A stretch of DNA of 64,000 nt from an uncultured Chloroflexia bacterium (GTDB taxonomy: Bacteria; Chloroflexota; Anaerolineae; Fen-1058): the NCBI GenBank assembly GCA_963844815.1, contig CAWJPR010000018.1:462498-526497 (forward strand). Direction: 5' to 3'. Below the pieces are notes generated by a model, which ran no database searches, had not been told where the DNA came from, and was given only the letters and a program-made list of their open reading frames with translations. Both the position numbers and the translations under genes were made by a program. Positions 60,252 through 64,000 of this stretch are shown in pieces. The first letter of the stretch is position 1. Each line of letters opens with the position of its first letter.

Positions 60252-60713
60252 ATGGATACAGCATCAAGTGCAGTTCAAACAAAACTGAATATCATCGCCT
60301 ACTGCTGTGAGCACTGCGCTTACGCCGCGGCCGATCTGGCGGGTGGATTGCGGATGCAATACCCGCCCGCGATCAAGATCGTGCAGATACCCTGCACGGG
60401 CCGCATGGATGTGCTGACCGTGTTGCGGGCCATCGAGGACGGCGCGGACGGCATCATGGTGGCGGGTTGACTGCCCGGCGACTGTCATTACCTGGAAGGT
60501 AATCTCAACGCAAAACGCCGGGTGGCCCATGTGCAGGATGTGCTGAAGAACATCGGGCTGGAGCCCGAGCGCGTGCAGATGTTCAACCTGTCCTCGGCAA
60601 TGGCGGGACGATTTGCCGAGGCGACGAAAGAGATGACGGAAAAGATTGAGGAGTTGGGCCCAAATCCATTGAGAGAAGAGATGACAAAGCGATCCACGAA
60701 TGAACACGAATGA
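60252..60713 (+). CDS. mvhD: MvhD-like protein, copy 2, with in-frame TGA (putative selenocysteine) at the same position
   Basis: YCCEHCAYAAADLAG...VQIPCTGRMDVLTVLRAIEDGADGIMVAG-TGA(60468-60470)-LPGDCHYLEGNLNAKRR... Confidence 0.75.
60475..60521 (+). promoter_or_regulatory. putative bacterial SECIS hairpin downstream of the mvhD UGA (copy 2)
   Basis: ccggcg-actgtc-attacc-tggaa-ggtaat-ctcaacgcaaaa-cgccgg. Confidence 0.5.
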
Positions 60714-60783
60714 ACACGAACAAAAAATCATTCGAGAAGATTCGTGGAGATTCGTGCGATCAGCCTTTAGCATTGAACGGAGG

Positions 60784-61473
60784 ATGAACATGATCGTAGC
60801 CGAACAGAAACCCCTGGCAGAAATCAAGACGCTGGTCGCCAACGCGCAGAAAGTGCTGGTGGTCGGGTGCGGCACGTGCGTAACGGTGTGCTTTGCGGGC
60901 GGCGCGCGTGAAGCCGCCATCACCGCCTCGTCGCTGCGCATGGCCACCAAGCTCGACGGCAGCGGCAAGGAGGTCGCCGACGTGACCGTGCAGCGCCAGT
61001 GCGAGTGGGAATACCTTGACGAGATCGCGCCGCAAGTCGGCGAGGTCGACGTCGTCCTTTCGCTGGGCTGCGGCATCGGCGTGCAGGCCATGGCCGAGCA
61101 TTTTCCCAACGCGTGGATCGTGCCGGGCCTCAACACCAGCTTCCTGGGCATGCCGACCGAGCAAGGGGTATGGGCCGAGCGCTGCGCCGCCTGCGGCGAT
61201 TGCATCCTCGGCCTGACGGGCGGCATCTGCCCGATCGCGCGCTGCTCCAAGTCGCTGCTCAACGGGCCGTGCGGCGGATCGGAGAACGGCCACTGCGAGA
61301 TCAATGCCGAGGTGCCGTGCGCCTGGCAGCTGATCTACGACCGCTTGAGCAGCATGGGCAAACTCGACCAGCTGCTGGAGATTCAGCCGCCCAAGAACTG
61401 GCGCACGGCGCGCGATGGCGGCCCGCGCAAAATCGTTCGGCCCGATCTGAGACTGGCTTCGGAAGAAGAATAA
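60784..61473 (+). CDS. metV: MetV (methylene-tetrahydrofolate reductase C-terminal-domain, zinc-ribbon protein; MetF partner)
   Basis: VVGCGTCVTVC...CAACGDCILGLTGGICPIARCSKSLLNGPCGGS..GHCE, hallmark of the MTHFR_C/MetV family; GGAGG RBS. Confidence 0.8.
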   Translation: MNMIVAEQKPLAEIKTLVANAQKVLVVGCGTCVTVCFAGGAREAAITASSLRMATKLDGSGKEVADVTVQRQCEWEYLDEIAPQVGEVDVVLSLGCGIGVQAMAEHFPNAWIVPGLNTSFLGMPTEQGVWAERCAACGDCILGLTGGICPIARCSKSLLNGPCGGSENGHCEINAEVPCAWQLIYDRLSSMGKLDQLLEIQPPKNWRTARDGGPRKIVRPDLRLASEEE

Positions 61474-61476
61474 TTC

Positions 61477-61546
61477 AATGCGGAACGTGGAATGCGGAGT
61501 GCGGAATACGCCATTCCGAGTTCCGAATTCCGCATTCCGAATTGAA
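61477..61546. repeat. imperfect palindrome built from (G)CGGAAT / ATTCCG units between metV and metF (hairpin; related to the tandem ATTCCGAATTCCG run inside hdrA copy 2)
   Basis: caatgcggaacgtggaatgcggagtgcggaatacgccattccgagttccgaattccgcattccgaattg. Confidence 0.65.
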
Positions 61547-61557
61547 CGGAGGAAACA

Positions 61558-62592
61558 ATGGCTCCACAGCCCAATGGCAACGGTTACCTGTCTGGATCAA
61601 ATCTGGAGAAGGTGCTCAAGAACGGCCACTTCGCCGTCACGGCCGAGCTCGGTCCGCCGCAGAGCGCCGATGGTGAGGTCATTCGCAAGAAAGCCAAACT
61701 GCTTAAAGGCAACTGCGACGCGGTGAACATCACCGACAACCAGACGGCCATCGTGCGCATGTCGAGCATCAGCGCGGGGACGATCGTGGTGCAGGAAGGG
61801 CTGGAGCCGATCATCCAGATGACCTGCCGCGATCGCAACCGGCTGGCGATACAGAGCGATCTGCTCGGCGCCTACGCGCTGGGCATGCGCAACCTGTTGT
61901 GCCTGTCGGGCGATCACCAGACGTTCGGCAATCATCCCGGCGCCAAGAACGTTTTTGACATGGACTCGATCCAGCTGGTGCAGATGGTGGCGGCGATGCG
62001 CGATCAGCACGTGTTCCAGAGCGGCGACGCCTTCAAGGGGCCGGAACCGCGCTTCTTCGTCGGCGCCGCCGAATCGCCCTTTGCCAACCCGGTCGAGTTT
62101 CGCCCCCTGCGGCTGGCCAAGAAAGTCAAAGCAGGCGCGAACTTCATCCAGACGCAGTTGATCTACGACATCGAAGCATTCACGGCGTTCATGGCGAAAG
62201 TGCGCGAGCTCGGCCTGCACGAGAAAGTCTACCTCCTGGCCGGAGTCGGCCCGTTGAAGAGCCCGATGATGGCGCGTCATATGAAAGACAACGTGCCGGG
62301 CCTGCGCATACCCGATCAGATCATCGCTCGGATGGAAGCCGCCGGCGCGCCGTGGGCCAGCAAGTCGAAAGACGAATTGACGAAGGAAGACAGAAAGGCC
62401 CGAATGATTGCCTGGCAGCATGAAGGGATCAAGATCTGCATCGAGCTGATCCAGCAGATCCGCGAGATCGAAGGCGTGGCCGGCGTGCACATCATGGCCA
62501 TCGAGTGGGAAGAGGCCGTGAAGCCGATCGTGGAAGGCGCGGGCCTGCTGCCCCGGCCGATCGTGACAGAGACGGTCGCAACGCTGACATGA
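61558..62592 (+). CDS. metF: methylenetetrahydrofolate reductase
   Basis: 344-aa MTHFR TIM barrel (…AVNITDNQTAIVRMSS…, …IQTQLIYD…). Confidence 0.85.
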   Translation: MAPQPNGNGYLSGSNLEKVLKNGHFAVTAELGPPQSADGEVIRKKAKLLKGNCDAVNITDNQTAIVRMSSISAGTIVVQEGLEPIIQMTCRDRNRLAIQSDLLGAYALGMRNLLCLSGDHQTFGNHPGAKNVFDMDSIQLVQMVAAMRDQHVFQSGDAFKGPEPRFFVGAAESPFANPVEFRPLRLAKKVKAGANFIQTQLIYDIEAFTAFMAKVRELGLHEKVYLLAGVGPLKSPMMARHMKDNVPGLRIPDQIIARMEAAGAPWASKSKDELTKEDRKARMIAWQHEGIKICIELIQQIREIEGVAGVHIMAIEWEEAVKPIVEGAGLLPRPIVTETVATLT

Positions 62593-62728
62593 GGTCTGGG
62601 CGTTGGTGATGCAGAAGGAGGAATCGCTATTGATTTAACCAATGACGATGCCTGCTGGTCATTTGCCGAGAAGAAACTCGTCGCGAGCACAACTCGATTC
62701 AACATTGCACAAAGCGGAGGAAGACAAG

Positions 62729-63151
62729 ATGGCTAAACCAACGTATCAAGATGCGACGCTTATGCTCCAGCTTGCTCAGTGGGGCGCGGTCTCTGGCTTA
62801 CAGGAGGCGCAGAGCTGGCTGTGGAGCGATCAGTTCACGCCTGACTATGCGGAGTTCTCAAAGCAATATCCTCCCGGCACTGAAGGCAGCATTAAGGTTT
62901 CCAAAGTCTGCAACTATTTTGAGACGCTGGGCACACTCTGGAAGCACGGATTGCTCAACGAGGAATTGATCTTCGACTGGTGGGCCGTCTCTGCAGTCTG
63001 GGAGAGGATCAAGAATATTCCTCTGGGATGGAGACAAAATGCCGGTAATCCACGCTTGTATGAGAATTTTGAAGCCCTGGCTAAGGCCAATGTTGCTTAC
63101 GATGCGAAATCGAACAGGCGAGCAACCAAAACCAGGCGTTCCAAAAAATAG
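62729..63151 (+). CDS. hypothetical protein (lower-GC orphan gene between metF and hdrCB)
   Basis: MAKPTYQDATLMLQLAQWGAVSG...; 140 aa; composition differs from its neighbours. Confidence 0.45.
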   Translation: MAKPTYQDATLMLQLAQWGAVSGLQEAQSWLWSDQFTPDYAEFSKQYPPGTEGSIKVSKVCNYFETLGTLWKHGLLNEELIFDWWAVSAVWERIKNIPLGWRQNAGNPRLYENFEALAKANVAYDAKSNRRATKTRRSKK

Positions 63152-63253
63152 CAGAGATACCTGTCGTTGAAGATACACCTATCGCTGCCTGACTGCTGGG
63201 CAAGAGCGGTAGGTGAAAGACCACCGGGCAGATAAGGCTGTGAGGAGGCGCAC

Positions 63254-64000
63254 ATGAGTGAATCAACACCGATCAATTCTGAACTGGCTCGCCGGGTGCA
63301 GGACGAAACCGGGCAGAATGTTCATCTGTGTTATCAGTGCGTCAAGTGCACCAGCGGCTGTCCGGTTGCGGAGTTCTTCGACTGGCAGCCCAACCAGATC
63401 ATGCGCGCCTTGCAGTTGGGGCAGGAAGACATTGCCCTGCATTCGCAGACGCCGTGGCTGTGCGCCTCGTGCCAGACCTGCACCACCCGCTGTCCGCAGG
63501 GCCTGGACATCACGGCGATCATGGAGTTCCTGACGCGCGAGGCGAAGGCGCGCGACATCGAACCGCAGGTGCCCGAGGTCAACATCTTCAACGAAGCGTT
63601 CCTGCGCGAAATCAAGTTGTGGGGCCGCGCTTACGAGCTGGGCCTGATGGCCGAGATGAAACTGCGCACAGGCAACATCATGGGCGATATGGACCTGGGC
63701 GTGAAGATGCTGCGCAAGCGCAAGATGCCGTTTCTGCCGCATCCTACCCGCCCGCCGCACAACGTCAAACCCGTCAGCGGCGCGACGAATGCCGTAGCCT
63801 ACTATCCGGGCTGCTCGCTGCATTCGACGGCAACGGAGTTCAACGCATCGACGCACGCGGTCTGTGAGGCGCTCGATCTGAAATTGATCGAGCCGCACGG
63901 CTGGATTTGCTGCGGCAGTTCCGCCGCACACCGCGCCGACCCCGACGAAGCGCTGCGGCTGCCGCTGGAAAACCTGGCTATCGTCGAGCAGAGCGGCTTC
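63254..64000 (+). CDS. hdrCB: fused heterodisulfide reductase subunits C and B (HdrCB), 3'-truncated by the window end
   Basis: GAGGAGG RBS; HdrC motifs CYQCVKCTSGCP and CASCQTCTTRCP; HdrB CCG-domain start YYPGCSLHS...WICCGS. Confidence 0.8.
   Translation, partial: MSESTPINSELARRVQDETGQNVHLCYQCVKCTSGCPVAEFFDWQPNQIMRALQLGQEDIALHSQTPWLCASCQTCTTRCPQGLDITAIMEFLTREAKARDIEPQVPEVNIFNEAFLREIKLWGRAYELGLMAEMKLRTGNIMGDMDLGVKMLRKRKMPFLPHPTRPPHNVKPVSGATNAVAYYPGCSLHSTATEFNASTHAVCEALDLKLIEPHGWICCGSSAAHRADPDEALRLPLENLAIVEQSGF

Noticed and set aside
1-64000. CRISPR arrays, tRNA or rRNA genes
   Set aside because: No regularly spaced short direct repeats with unique spacers and no cloverleaf-compatible segments were recognised. 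The repeated elements present are palindromic REP-like units, not CRISPR repeats.

Overview
High-GC (about 63-65%) bacterial window with three parts. (1) 1-5.7 kb and 12.8-47.4 kb: a large carbohydrate-catabolism neighbourhood. It holds a class-I aldolase::polyferredoxin fusion next to a tungsten-type aldehyde:ferredoxin oxidoreductase, ROK kinases and regulators, Eda and DeoC aldolases, three Gfo/Idh/MocA dehydrogenases, SIS isomerases, a PTE-family lactonase-like protein, URO-D-like and MetE-like proteins, and a ribose-type ABC transporter with an internally duplicated binding protein. This block also carries an ECF-sigma operon and a large secreted HEXXH metalloprotease. (2) 5.8-12.6 kb: an AT-rich, heavily decayed island of multi-frameshifted pseudogenes with one intact PIN toxin/antitoxin pair. 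About 240-bp diverged direct repeats bracket its left part; they include a second copy of the 3' end of the fructokinase gene. (3) 47.4-64 kb: a heterodisulfide-reductase / methylene-THF-reductase locus. It contains two tandem paralogous giant genes (about 1580 codons each). Each is an HdrA fused to an inserted GltD-like NAD(P)H module (HdrL-like) and then to a second complete HdrA. Each giant gene is followed by an mvhD that carries an in-frame TGA at the conserved Cys of the AGC..G.CHY motif, with a conserved downstream hairpin (putative selenocysteine insertion element (SECIS), implying a Sec-MvhD). After the second copy come metV, metF and a fused hdrCB that runs off the window. A receiver-only response regulator and a cNMP-binding histidine kinase sit between the two copies. 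Superimposed on all of this is a family of imperfect-palindromic REP/MITE-like repeats (core GTCATTSCGAG...CTCGSAATGAC, about 80-150 bp). Copies occur in at least seven intercistronic gaps and, notably, in-frame inside both hdrA paralogs at the homologous position. A second 14-nt repeat family (GAGTRACGAGTRAT) lies upstream of both hdrL copies and of one sugar-isomerase gene. There is also a decayed IS200/RAYT-like transposase with a perfect 19-bp inverted repeat (IR), and a four-helix-bundle-protein cassette flanked by inverted simple repeats inserted at the 3' end of hdrA copy 1. At least 15 conserved genes are interrupted by single-nucleotide frameshifts; most are probably assembly indel errors, but this should be checked against reads. 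No rRNA, tRNA or CRISPR array was recognised.
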